From a virus, in the IMG/VR virus record IMGVR_UViG_3300032103_000260, positions 1 through 23,223 of that record: a DNA stretch of 23,223 nucleotides; one strand, written 5' to 3'. A program made the position numbers and the translations under genes. The notes below the pieces were generated by a model. That model saw nothing but the letters and a program-made list of their open reading frames with translations, did no database searches and was not told the origin of the DNA. Positions 1-8,842 of this stretch are shown piece after piece; the first letter of the stretch is position 1; each line of letters begins with the position of its first letter.

Positions 1-162
1 GGAACCCCACCCCTACGGGTGGCGCGGTCTTACATGTGAAATTTTTTTCTGGAATTTAAAAACATCTCCTGATAATTTTATAATTTTTTATAAAAAAATC
101 CTAATAGGTAAAAAGGGTTTTTTATAAGTGGATTTCAAATTTTTTTTCAGGAAATTTTTGAT

Positions 163-625
163 TTACAGGGGGATATTATTTAAAATGTAATCAAATGCTG
201 CTGAGTAGGCTTGTTGTGGAGTAGAATAATCATACCCATGAACATCTTTGGGGGGGGGGTAAGTCAGATACAGACTTTAAACCAAGTATCACATCATTAT
301 CAACTTCACTAATAACCCGAACTGTTTTAAAAGTCCAATCAGAAGTTATTGTCGGTATGATAACAATCCAAATACCATGTTTAACTCTTAACCATTCAAC
401 TACTTGCCATTGTTCGGGTGCTGATACTCTTTTAGAGTGCTTATTAAAATGCTCTAATAAATCTAATAAATCAACTCTAAATCCAGTATCAGTAGAACTT
501 CCATTTTTAAAATAAGGTTCTATCAATTTACCGTTTTCATAATAATAGAAACAAGGTATATTAAATCGTTTCTCTTTAAGCAATTTAGCTTGCTCAAAGG
601 TTACGTATGTTGGTTTTATTTCCAT
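163..625 (-). CDS. Phage hypothetical protein, paralog 1 of a three-member family; frameshift in G-run at ~250-259
   Basis: N-terminus YVTFEQAKLLKEK..F, central SAP...VVEWLRVKHGIWI. After the G homopolymer another frame gives DYSTPQQAYSAAFDYILNNIPL*, matching the C-termini of 11035-11452 and 12309-12755. Confidence 0.75.
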
Positions 626-630
626 AGTTT

Positions 631-659
631 ATTATACGTAAAATAACTAATTTTAGTTA
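631..659 (-). promoter_or_regulatory. Phage promoter TAACT-N16-CGTATAAT
   Basis: One of 8 copies with fixed 16-nt spacing, just upstream of ATG at 625. Confidence 0.75.
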
Positions 660-705
660 CATTTTTTATTATAAAAAAACCTGCCTAAATACAGTATTTA
701 TGAAT

Positions 706-1123
706 ATGACAAATAAGAGATGGGATTTAGTAAGGATATTCGAGAGTGTAAATGGTGTAAAGATTAATGAATCAATGCCATAGGGTGATACAGAGAAGTC
801 AGGTAAGATCAGTGATAATGAGTATATAGTTTATCATGGTACAAATGAGAAGTTTAGTAGATTTAGTTTAGCAAAGAGTATACAGGGGATAATTTGGTTC
901 ACAGACTCAATAGATTCGATTAAGAGAGGTGAACATGGTGGTCAGGGGTCAAAGTATATCATGAAGAGAAAGATCACTATAAACAATCCTGCAGGGTGGC
1001 CTGAGTATGAGAAGTATGGTATTGGTCAGTTAAAGGGTATGGGTTATGAGGGTTATACTTCCAGATGGTAGTGAATACAATGATTATATAGTATTTAGTC
1101 CAAATCAAATAATAGTTGTTTAA
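706..1123 (+). CDS. ADP-ribosyltransferase, ART-PolyVal-like (in-frame TAG at 781-783, frameshift ~1049; absent from ORF track)
   Basis: Manual translation: MTNKRWDLVRIFESVNGVKINESMP*GD...YIVYHGTNEKF..F......GIIWFT...ITINNP...GY(E/D)G/VILPDG..DYIVFSPNQI. The YHGT, GxxFT, NP, GYDGVI and YxVFxPNQI motifs are typical of phage ART-PolyVal domains. Confidence 0.7.
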
Positions 1124-1126
1124 TGG

Positions 1127-1290
1127 TTACCTGATCCATTCAATCACTATATGATTATCATTTTTTATATGGGTTAATAATTTTATATTATTAGGTATGT
1201 CATAATGTAACATTTCACCTTCTGGTATATTTGTATTTCTAAAATAGAAGAAATAAGAGATACATTTTCTACAAGAGGATTATTTTTCAT
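1127..1290 (-). CDS. Small EGE-motif protein (frameshifted near N-terminus)
   Basis: C-terminal frame YFFYFRNTNIPEGEMLHYDIPNNIKLLTHIKNDNHIVIEWIR*, similar to the two upstream neighbours. Confidence 0.55.
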
Positions 1291-1532
1291 ACAATAAACC
1301 AATTATCAACTACAACATGAGTATTTTTTGTTTCTATATTATTTTTAAATAGGGTTTTAATATGTTGAGGTAATTCATTATAATCTTCAATATAGATTGC
1401 ATTATAAATAATGGCTTCACCTTCACAGATAATTTCTTTTCTTTTATCATGTTCCAAGTAAGAGAAAAAGAATGCATTACAGGAAGATGGTTTGGAAAGA
1501 ACGTTTTGAACTTTATAGTTTTTATTTACCAT
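1287..1532 (-). CDS. Small EGE-motif protein
   Basis: ORF 1287-1571, with likely start at the internal Met (1532) overlapping the upstream stop. Contains ICEGEAIIY...LPQHIK...NTHVVVDNW. Confidence 0.65.
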   Translation of the reverse strand: MVNKNYKVQNVLSKPSSCNAFFFSYLEHDKRKEIICEGEAIIYNAIYIEDYNELPQHIKTLFKNNIETKNTHVVVDNWFIV

Positions 1533-1773
1533 AGTCACGGGTGTATATAGCATCATGATTAACAATTTCATATTTACTGTTGTTAATCATCATAAGGACA
1601 TACCAATTAATTACGTCACTAGTATTAATTATAATTTTATTTTGTATGTTTTTAGGGGTTTCATTTAGATGAGGGTAGATTATAGATTCACCTTCCAATA
1701 TAAATGAAATTGTCGTATAGTGAATCATGTACGAATATAATCCTCTAATTAATATTACTTTTGGGTTTTTCAT
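1522..1773 (-). CDS. Small EGE-motif protein
   Basis: 83-aa ORF with ILEGESIIY...TPKNIQ...DVINW. Confidence 0.65.
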   Translation of the reverse strand: MKNPKVILIRGLYSYMIHYTTISFILEGESIIYPHLNETPKNIQNKIIINTSDVINWYVLMMINNSKYEIVNHDAIYTRDYGK

Positions 1774-1777
1774 AGCT

Positions 1778-2392
1778 TTACATTCCAGTTATAATTCCTA
1801 ATACATCAATCCAACCAGTACCTAATTTATGTTTCTTTTTTCTTGGTTTATTTGGGTCATAGGTTTCACCGAACATACCTTTTATTACGGGGTATTGGTA
1901 AGTTATTTGTGTTGATGAGGTTTGTTGTGTGGATGATACTTCGTATTTAAGCATTTCTCTATATTGTTCTGGATTTTTTTTATGGAATACAGTTCTATCT
2001 TTGATGCTTACCAGATAAGATGTGTTTATGGGATTGGAGTTTGGTTTAAGGGTAATAGTTATATAGAGTGAATCTTTCCGTTTAAGGGTGATAGGTGAGA
2101 GCAAATATACCGAGTTCGGGGCTTGGCTCATTGTCGTAAATTCTTTAGTGTAGATATTTTCTTTGTTATGATAGATATTGAGAATAACTTTATCACCAGT
2201 TAAAGTTTCTTTATCTGTGACAAAGAATACAAGGTGATCGAAAGATACGGATTGTTTTATTTGTGATTTAGTTACCCACATTATTTTAATGGGTTTATTA
2301 GGTGATAGGCTATCTACTCGATTATAATTATAATCGATTTGTGCCATTATGAATAATGGCATAAGCAATAGAATAATAGATATGGTTTTCAT
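1778..2392 (-). CDS. Secreted/periplasmic hypothetical protein
   Basis: 204 aa; signal peptide MKTISIILLLMPLFIMA followed by Q; promoter motif directly upstream. Confidence 0.75.
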   Translation of the reverse strand: MKTISIILLLMPLFIMAQIDYNYNRVDSLSPNKPIKIMWVTKSQIKQSVSFDHLVFFVTDKETLTGDKVILNIYHNKENIYTKEFTTMSQAPNSVYLLSPITLKRKDSLYITITLKPNSNPINTSYLVSIKDRTVFHKKNPEQYREMLKYEVSSTQQTSSTQITYQYPVIKGMFGETYDPNKPRKKKHKLGTGWIDVLGIITGM

Positions 2393-2398
2393 ATTTAT

Positions 2399-2427
2399 AT
2401 TATACGATAAAGTGCAATATAGAGTTA
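2399..2427 (-). promoter_or_regulatory. Phage promoter TAACT-N16-CGTATAAT
   Basis: Exact motif and spacing, just upstream of ATG 2392. Confidence 0.75.
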
Positions 2428-2610
2428 TTTACCAGAAATTACCAAATTTGGGTTAAAATATTTGTTTTTAATTGATTTGAGGGGGTTTAAATTGCCAGAT
2501 ATTACCAGATTGAATTAGTACTTATGAGATATGAGAGACAATTCCAAAAGGTTATTAGAGTTATTTGAGTACAAAAATAAGGGGTCGATAAGTGAGGGTT
2601 CTTTATTATT

Positions 2611-3405
2611 ATGAAAAAGACATCAACAACAAGATTAATTTAATTATTTGAATCAGTGAATAGAATAAAGTTACCTGAATCAACACCTATTAAGGAATTT
2701 GTAGAATTAAATGAGGTTACTTTAGATTCTGTTAAAAAGCAATTTGTGGATACAAATAAAATACCACAAGAAATGTTTGACCAGATAATGAGAGTAACTA
2801 ACAACAAATTAGCATATGCTGTTTGGATGATTAAAAGAATATTAGATAATTCATTATTAGGTGAGGATGTATATAAGTTCAAGGATTATTTTAGAGCTTT
2901 CGAAAAATACAAGGCACAGTATCCTATGAAGGATATTAATCAATATAAGACAAAAGAACAGGTAGATCAGTTCAAGTAAAAGTCAATTGAGATTCTTGAG
3001 AAAGTAGCTTTAATGGGAAGTGAGCAATCTGGTGATGAAATTGATTTATCTAATAAAGAAAATCTGGTTAGTTTAAATGATATTCAGAAATTAAAGTCAG
3101 TGGGTATTTAATTTTTAGGTATGGTAGATGGATATCAAGTTTTTGAAATACCTAAAGGTGCTTTAGATCAAAAAACCTATGAAACATATAGAGATATTTT
3201 AGGTAGATGCCAAGGTAGAGACAGAGGTGCAAGAATTGAGATAAGTACGATTGCCAGCTACGAATATTATAGAAAATATGTTACTACAAACAGTTTATAT
3301 TTATTTTTTAATTTAAATGATCCAAATTCACCATATCAATTTCATTATGGAGAAAATGGTAGTGATGGACAATTTATGGATAAAAATGATAATTCATTAA
3401 TATAG
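2611..3405 (+). CDS. Jumbo-phage hypothetical protein (KDINQY ... YQFH ... FMDxND type), single gene interrupted by two in-frame TAA and an early frameshift
   Basis: ORFs 2656-2979 and 3121-3405 are in the same frame and read through TAA 2977 and TAA 3109 with protein-like sequence between (KSIEILEKVALMG...KLKSVGI). ATG at 2611 is out of frame by an indel. Confidence 0.6.
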
Positions 3406-3410
3406 TTAAT

Positions 3411-4034
3411 ATGAACGTATATAATTTTTTTAAATTTTTAGAACAAAAGAAAGGTGAGAAAATACCTTTTGAGGCTAAATTATCTTATGGAGATATGAGT
3501 GATGATGAGATCATAAGAATATTACATATAGATATGGAATATTTAAAATATATAAAAAATCCATCAGAGAAGATTCAACATTTTGTACTTAATTATGGAT
3601 TAGATACTACAAATAGTGATGCTTGGATAAGATCAACACTACAATTAATAAAAAAGCCATCACATAGTATAATACTAGAAGCAATTAAATTATTTAATGA
3701 TAGTACTAATATGCTTTATGTTCTTAATTATATCACAAGAAGAGGTGTTAAACTAACTGAAGAAATACAATTAGAATTAATTAATAGAAAACCTGAAATA
3801 TTATTATATTTTTTATCTTTTTATAGTCATGAGAAACCATCTGAAAGAGTGCAGATTGAGGCAGTTAGTAGAAATGGTGATATTATGGGACATATATTTG
3901 ATGCAGGTATTACACCATCAGAAGATGTAATGGTTGCTGCAATAAAGAATAAAAGATCGGTATACGATGATCTTATTAATATTGGTAAGATACAACCTAC
4001 AGAAAAAATGAAACAAGCTGCTGGAATTTCTTAA
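3411..4034 (+). CDS. Alpha-helical repeat protein (DUF4116-like PSExVQxxAV repeats)
   Basis: Internal repeats IKNPSEKIQ, IKKPSHSIILEAI, KLTEEIQLELI, EKPSERVQIEAV, ITPSEDVMVAAI, IQPTEKMKQAAG. Confidence 0.7.
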   Translation: MNVYNFFKFLEQKKGEKIPFEAKLSYGDMSDDEIIRILHIDMEYLKYIKNPSEKIQHFVLNYGLDTTNSDAWIRSTLQLIKKPSHSIILEAIKLFNDSTNMLYVLNYITRRGVKLTEEIQLELINRKPEILLYFLSFYSHEKPSERVQIEAVSRNGDIMGHIFDAGITPSEDVMVAAIKNKRSVYDDLINIGKIQPTEKMKQAAGIS

Positions 4035-4160
4035 TTAATATTCTATTGCTTCACCTTCAAGACCTATGATTTTATTATTGTTAATTAGATAAGTTGCAAA
4101 GTACAATCTTGTACTTGGTGAGTTAATAGGTCTATAGTATGTTTTGTATTTAATTTTCAT
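4035..4160 (-). CDS. 41-aa EGE-motif protein
   Basis: MKIKYKTYYRPINSPSTRLYFATYLINNNKIIGLEGEAIEY*; resembles 14918-15100 (MIIKY...TRRIYF...LEGERLDY). Confidence 0.6.
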   Translation of the reverse strand: MKIKYKTYYRPINSPSTRLYFATYLINNNKIIGLEGEAIEY

Positions 4161-4260
4161 AATAAATTCTTTCACCCTCTAATACTGCTCTTTTAATTCT
4201 TGCTATTGAAAACTGAATAATATATGTTGATGCAATATTTAGAAATAGTCTATTCGCGAC
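4150..4260 (-). pseudogene. 5'-truncated EGE-motif ORF fragment
   Basis: Open frame VANRLFLNIASTYIIQFSIARIKRAVLEGERIYYEN* with no ATG, preceded by TAA at the end of the ncRNA-associated motif. Confidence 0.4.
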
Positions 4261-4305
4261 TTAGATTTCAGGCTTCCTACTGTTGTTTTGTCTTCAAGCA
4301 GAAGA
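4261..4305 (-). repeat. Small RNA motif copy 1 (TCTTCTGCTTGAAGACAAA ... CCTGAAATCT)
   Basis: 19 nt at 4287-4305 identical to 17676-17694; TCTTC/GAAGA hairpin; second shared block CCTGA(G)AATCT. Confidence 0.65.
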
Positions 4306-4317
4306 GTTTTATTATTA

Positions 4318-4877
4318 TGAGCACCCTCTTGTCTTACTTAATGATATAATTACACCTAATGATGATATCCAGTTTCTTAAACTGCTAAGAGTTGGGTCGT
4401 AGTTTTAATAGCTTCGATTGCAATTACACCATAATGTAATACTTACCATTATTCTAATCCATGCCTTTGGATTACTACTTGCTGAGAACTCATTTGTGTT
4501 GTAAGCTCCATAACGCTTCATTTTTTATTCCTTTCTCAAGGGAACAACACATATAGGATTACTCCAATACTCAAATACACTTGGGTAATTTCTTACCGTT
4601 CTTTAAAAGTCTTATCCTGTCAATTGAGGATTAGTAATTTGCATTTACCAAAAAGTAAATGAGATACTCACAAAGGATCAATGTTTAGCCTATAAATAGA
4701 ACGACTTAGTTTCTCACGTTCTTGTACTACTCTCTTGGCTTTGTAGCTTTTCACACAACTATACACCGTAAATTGCGTGATTATATTTATTACATTTGTC
4801 TTGTACTTCAACAAATGTAATAGGTGTAGGCTTTCATTGTTGCCAACAACTAATCACCTGTAGCTATCTCTTGCTAC
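4318..4877 (-). ncRNA. Large structured ncRNA (~560 nt), ROOL/GOLLD-class candidate
   Basis: No ORF of 60 aa or more; promoter and boxA upstream. Hairpins: 12-bp TATTACATTTGT/ACAAATGTAATA (4788-4822), GTAGC/GCTAC (4860-4877), CATTTAC/GTAAATG (4642-4661), GGTAA-GAAA-TTACC (4584-4597), TAATCCA/TGGATTA (4455-4474), CAGTTT/AAACTG (4370-4384). Long-range pairs TGTGTTGT/ACAACACA (4544-4551 with 4495-4502) and TGAGTTCTC with GAGGGTGCTCA. Family assignment unverified. Confidence 0.65.
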
Positions 4878-4901
4878 TTGTTTTTGTTTTATTTTCTTAA
4901 A

Positions 4902-4913
4902 TTTTCAAAGAAC
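4902..4913 (-). promoter_or_regulatory. boxA-like antitermination element GTTCTTTGAAAA
   Basis: Resembles rrn boxA; lies between promoter and ncRNA; identical copy at 17703-17714. Confidence 0.6.
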
Positions 4914-4924
4914 GATTATGTTAT

Positions 4925-4953
4925 ATTATACGTAAAAAAACAAAAAAAGGTTA
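4925..4953 (-). promoter_or_regulatory. Phage promoter TAACC-N16-CGTATAAT driving the ncRNA
   Basis: Exact motif, not followed by an ORF. Confidence 0.75.
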
Positions 4954-5029
4954 TGTTTTGGTTAAAAAATATTTTTTAACTAAAAACTTATATAAAGTAT
5001 TTTGGTTTGCTTGATGTAATTCTTTTTTT

Positions 5030-5452
5030 TTAATTATGATTAATTTGAGATAGGTTTCTCCATGTAAATTCATCATTGTTTATATCAAGTCTTACATGTA
5101 GACCACGATCATCTTCATAAAGAATGGCAATTTTATATCTAACAATAGTTCCATCATGTTTTCTTTTAACTTCATCGATGACCCTATCACCTAATTTGAA
5201 TTCTACACCATCTATTGAACGTTCAACGACTTCATATGAGGTATGTTCTTCTCTTGTTCTTCGAACGATTCTAAATGAATTAAATAGGTTTTCCATCTGC
5301 TTGTTATAGGTATTCTCAGCACCTTCTTTAAGAAATGCTTTGAGTGTATGTGGATCGCTTTCGAGTTCGGTAAGATAATCAAGGAAGAATTTCTTTAGTT
5401 CTTGATTTCTAAATAGTTCAGCTAATTGCGGGTTGTTTCTAAAGTGAATCAT
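5030..5452 (-). CDS. Hypothetical protein
   Basis: 140-aa ORF in operon context. Confidence 0.7.
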   Translation of the reverse strand: MIHFRNNPQLAELFRNQELKKFFLDYLTELESDPHTLKAFLKEGAENTYNKQMENLFNSFRIVRRTREEHTSYEVVERSIDGVEFKLGDRVIDEVKRKHDGTIVRYKIAILYEDDRGLHVRLDINNDEFTWRNLSQINHN

Positions 5453-5470
5453 AATAAGAAATATAATTAA

Positions 5471-6016
5471 TCAACCTAAATGAAATCTTTCTCCAATCAT
5501 CATTAATTTTTCTTGCATTTCCCAATTAGGATTTTGATCTTCTGAATATAAGAAAAACATTTTTCTTTCTGGATCGAGTTTATCCAATATTTTTTTATAA
5601 TTCTTTTTTGTTACAAAAGACATATTCCACTTATTTTTTTTATCTTTAAGATTGTCTCTTAGTTCATATTGAACTTCACCATTCCAAGCTGGTTTTTTGG
5701 GTTTGCCAGTTTCCCAATCTTTTTCTGGTTCATATAATTCATCAAAAGTAAAACCATCTGGAACAGGATACATAGATTTTGATGCTGGCCACATATGTGG
5801 ACTGCATAAATATCTAAAATAATTATTCAGTTCATCAATACTTAATTCTGAAATATGCTTTACCTCATTATATTCGTTTCTATAATCAGGATAAACATTA
5901 GAAATCATTTCTTCAACAATTTCCTTAGTTTCACCTTTAAGAACAAATAATTCTGATGATGAATTTGTAATTATATCAACTACGTTTTTTGGTTTAAAAA
6001 TAAATAATGTTTTCAT
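5471..6016 (-). CDS. DIITNSSSELF-motif protein A (radical SAM-associated)
   Basis: 181 aa; N-terminus MKTLFIFKPKNVVDIITNSSSELFVLK. Confidence 0.8.
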   Translation of the reverse strand: MKTLFIFKPKNVVDIITNSSSELFVLKGETKEIVEEMISNVYPDYRNEYNEVKHISELSIDELNNYFRYLCSPHMWPASKSMYPVPDGFTFDELYEPEKDWETGKPKKPAWNGEVQYELRDNLKDKKNKWNMSFVTKKNYKKILDKLDPERKMFFLYSEDQNPNWEMQEKLMMIGERFHLG

Positions 6017-6017
6017 T

Positions 6018-6399
6018 TTAATAATCGTTTGTTAATAATACAAAACCTAAATTTTTTAAAATTTCATGATGTCTATAATTAATTATATATGCCCAATCTC
6101 TGTCAAATATTAAAGCATAGTAATTAGGTTGAGACAAATTGATTCTTGATTTCCTCACGTTTGTGTTCTGGAATCTTGTCTAAAAAATCATTTAACATCC
6201 AATCTTCCTCATATGTATTGTGTTCACCCTCAAATATCCTTACTTCAAGATCATTAAGACCAATTTGAGTAATGTCAGCCAAAGCATCTTTAACCATTTC
6301 ATAAATAATTTCTTTTTTCTTATCTGCTTTTATTACAAATAATTCTGAACTACTATTAGTAATAATATCAATGCAATTTTCAATTTTAATTATTAACAT
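6018..6399 (-). CDS. DIITNSSSELF-motif protein B (frameshift ~6135)
   Basis: MLIIKIENCIDIITNSSSELFVIK starts at 6399 inside the 230-aa ORF. Another frame continues SQPNYYALIFDRDWAY...LLTNDY* to 6018, abutting ATG 6016. Confidence 0.65.
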
Positions 6400-6816
6400 A
6401 TCTATATTTTTTTTTATGTGTAATGCTTTCATATTATTAGTTAAATATGTATTATATTTGTCAGCTTCTTCTTTTACTTTTTTAAGTTGTTTATGAATTA
6501 ATTCTTTTATTGATGTTGAAGTATCATTTACGTGAATACTCGAAGGACTTGAGCCATTAAATCCAAATACATCATAAGTTTCTTTATTTTCATGAATAGT
6601 TATATTACCACCAACTAAACTAACAGAATAATGCCATCCTAAGTTTTCCCATATATTTTTTTTCCATTTTCCACCTATTTCATTTTCAAATTTCTCAATT
6701 AGTAAATCAGCATTTGCATGTGCTTTTAAATACTCATCATGTGTACAATTTGCACCACAAGCAGGTGCGCAGTAAATTTCACCATTACGAACAGCATCCC
6801 AACTTAATTTTTCCAT
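6400..6816 (-). CDS. Small Cys-motif protein (YCAPACGANC...WENLGWHY), probably fused to the next gene by an A-run indel
   Basis: N-terminal half of ORF 6124-6816; A9 run at the junction (~6407-6415). Confidence 0.6.
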
Positions 6817-6824
6817 GTTAGTTT

Positions 6825-7655
6825 TTATTTGAATCTTAAATCATAAGATGACTTTCTTATTTTAGTGTATGTATCATCCATTATTCTATATCCAGAATAA
6901 ATTTCTGGTTCGTAAACATCAATATCTAAGATATTGTTTTTATTTAAAAATTCATAAAATAGAGCACCAAAAGCGAATTGTTTTTGTCTATCATTAGATT
7001 TACTTTTAATCCAACTAAAACATTTAATCCAATTGTTTTCAGTTTCTATTTGTTTTGCTCTTCCAACAGCTTGATAAGGTAAAATTACGAAATAATCTAC
7101 ATTATCTTTATAATTTTCATATAATTCTTCTAAATCTGTCAAACTATCATCAGAACCAACAATTATATGAAAATTTAATTTAGTTTTTATTTGTTTTAGT
7201 GAATTTGTTGCTTTCTCAAATACTTTAGCAATATGAGGATGCCAACTAAGTGCCACACCACCACAATATTTTTCGGTAGCCTCAAGTATTTTATCAGTCA
7301 AATGCATACCATTTGTAGTGTAATTTGGAATGATTTCAAGATTTCTAACTGTTTTTACAAAATCAATAAAATCAGGATGCATAGTTGCTTCACCAGCACC
7401 ACCTATTGCTATTTGGAATGGTCTATCGTTCAATTCTAGTTTACCCCAAACTTCGTTTGCTTTATCTGTTATGTTACTAAAATTCACACCTGTTTTTAAT
7501 GCATTAGTATAGCAATAAGAGCAATTCGCCAGACATTTGTTGTTAATTGCAACATCTTCTAACTCTGGTGTTATTGGTATACCATTAGTCAATCTAATAG
7601 TTTTAAAGCTATTAGTAAAGAATGATTTATACTTTCCTTGCTCTCTGATTCTCAT
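6825..7655 (-). CDS. Radical SAM enzyme
   Basis: CLANCSYCY (CxxxCxxC), GGAGEATMHPDF (GGE-type motif), NYTTNG; no obvious SPASM cysteines. Confidence 0.92.
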   Translation of the reverse strand: MRIREQGKYKSFFTNSFKTIRLTNGIPITPELEDVAINNKCLANCSYCYTNALKTGVNFSNITDKANEVWGKLELNDRPFQIAIGGAGEATMHPDFIDFVKTVRNLEIIPNYTTNGMHLTDKILEATEKYCGGVALSWHPHIAKVFEKATNSLKQIKTKLNFHIIVGSDDSLTDLEELYENYKDNVDYFVILPYQAVGRAKQIETENNWIKCFSWIKSKSNDRQKQFAFGALFYEFLNKNNILDIDVYEPEIYSGYRIMDDTYTKIRKSSYDLRFK

Positions 7656-7878
7656 AAATTAGTTATTTTACTATTAATGAATTTTGCACACTCTTTCAAT
7701 TGGTTTACGAATTCGTCTCTATCATTTTCATTAACAAAAGACTTTTGCGTTATGAATCATTCTTCCGAAACGTCCAATATCATAATGAAATGAATTCCAT
7801 TGAACAGTCCATGATTTTGCAATAGTAATTTCTGTTACATTATCTTTAGGTATTTTTGTTTTGAATAGACTAAGCATA

Positions 7879-8358
7879 TTATTTAAGTTTTTCATCTAAG
7901 AATTTTTCTTTTGATTCTCCGTAACCATGAAGTAAATCCCAAGCAAGTACGTTATTACTAGTATACATTCTATAGGAATCGTCAACTTTTTCTGCAAACT
8001 CTTTTAGTAATGTTTCAACTTCTTCTGTTGTAAATGTTTTTTTAGGTAATTCATGAAGAATGACTCTACTTAAAACATCTTCTTTGATTTTGTAATGCCA
8101 TTGATCACCATCATGATATTGTTTTTCACATTCGACCAACACTTTATATCCATCTTTAAACTTACCATCTACAATCATTTGTAGTTGTTCGGGTGAGAAG
8201 TGTTGTGATAATACTAAGATTTTCTTTTTGGTGTTAAATAATCCAATAGCTAATTCAACTTTGTGTATTGATTTAGATATAGTATCATAAAACAAATCAC
8301 CAACTTCAATCTTCTCTGTTTCTGAGATAATGATTGGTCTGATTACAGGATAACCCAT
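7879..8358 (-). CDS. Phage hypothetical protein (may extend upstream via frameshift)
   Basis: 159-aa ORF, operon context. Confidence 0.6.
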   Translation of the reverse strand: MGYPVIRPIIISETEKIEVGDLFYDTISKSIHKVELAIGLFNTKKKILVLSQHFSPEQLQMIVDGKFKDGYKVLVECEKQYHDGDQWHYKIKEDVLSRVILHELPKKTFTTEEVETLLKEFAEKVDDSYRMYTSNNVLAWDLLHGYGESKEKFLDEKLK

Positions 8359-8507
8359 ATCATCTTGACCAGCAATATTTAATCCATATGGAAATTTACA
8401 GATTTCACCTGCTTTGTTTGGGTAATCTCAGTGATTATATTCCAAAAATAAAAGTATTCCTTCAAAGAATACTTTATTGTTTAGTGATATGGTGTTATTT
8501 ACTTTCA

Positions 8508-8792
8508 TTATTTAGTTTTCAAAAAGGTTGAAATATCATCATCATCGAAATCGGTATTGATATGGCTATCGGGTATTTGAGAGAAATCACCACCAGTTTT
8601 TTTCCTCCAAATATGTTCAATTTGCCATAGTTCAAGTAAAGCAATTCCTTTACCAGAAGGTATTTGGTCAGGGAAGTATTTGTTAACCAAATCCCATGAA
8701 CGTCTTAATCCACCTGTTCCATTTCCTTGTAAAATGGTCATTTGTCTTAGTTTATTCCACCAATTAAGGGCTTTTTCTTCGTTATTGCTCAT
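8508..8792 (-). CDS. Hypothetical protein
   Basis: 94-aa ORF downstream of a promoter variant. Confidence 0.65.
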   Translation of the reverse strand: MSNNEEKALNWWNKLRQMTILQGNGTGGLRRSWDLVNKYFPDQIPSGKGIALLELWQIEHIWRKKTGGDFSQIPDSHINTDFDDDDISTFLKTK

Positions 8793-8813
8793 GATTCTTT
8801 TGCTGTTATATTA

Positions 8814-8842
8814 TATTATACATAAAAAGAAAGAAAAGGTTA
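8814..8842 (-). promoter_or_regulatory. Promoter variant TAACC-N16-GTAATAAT
   Basis: Same upstream box and spacing, degenerate -10 box, upstream of ATG 8792. Confidence 0.5.

Noticed and set aside
4261-4920. IS200/IS605 (TnpB/IscB) remnant or CRISPR array
   Set aside because: No transposase or nuclease reading frame and no regularly spaced direct repeats; the pattern is many unique hairpins.
6224-6231. FEGEH within DIITNSSSELF protein B as an EGE-family member
   Set aside because: It lacks the following hydrophobic residues and lies in an unrelated protein; likely chance.
6124-6816. 230-aa ORF as a single fusion protein
   Set aside because: The second half has its own Met placing DIITNSSSELF at nearly the same N-terminal offset as in the paralog, and an A9 run lies at the junction. 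Probably two genes joined by an indel.
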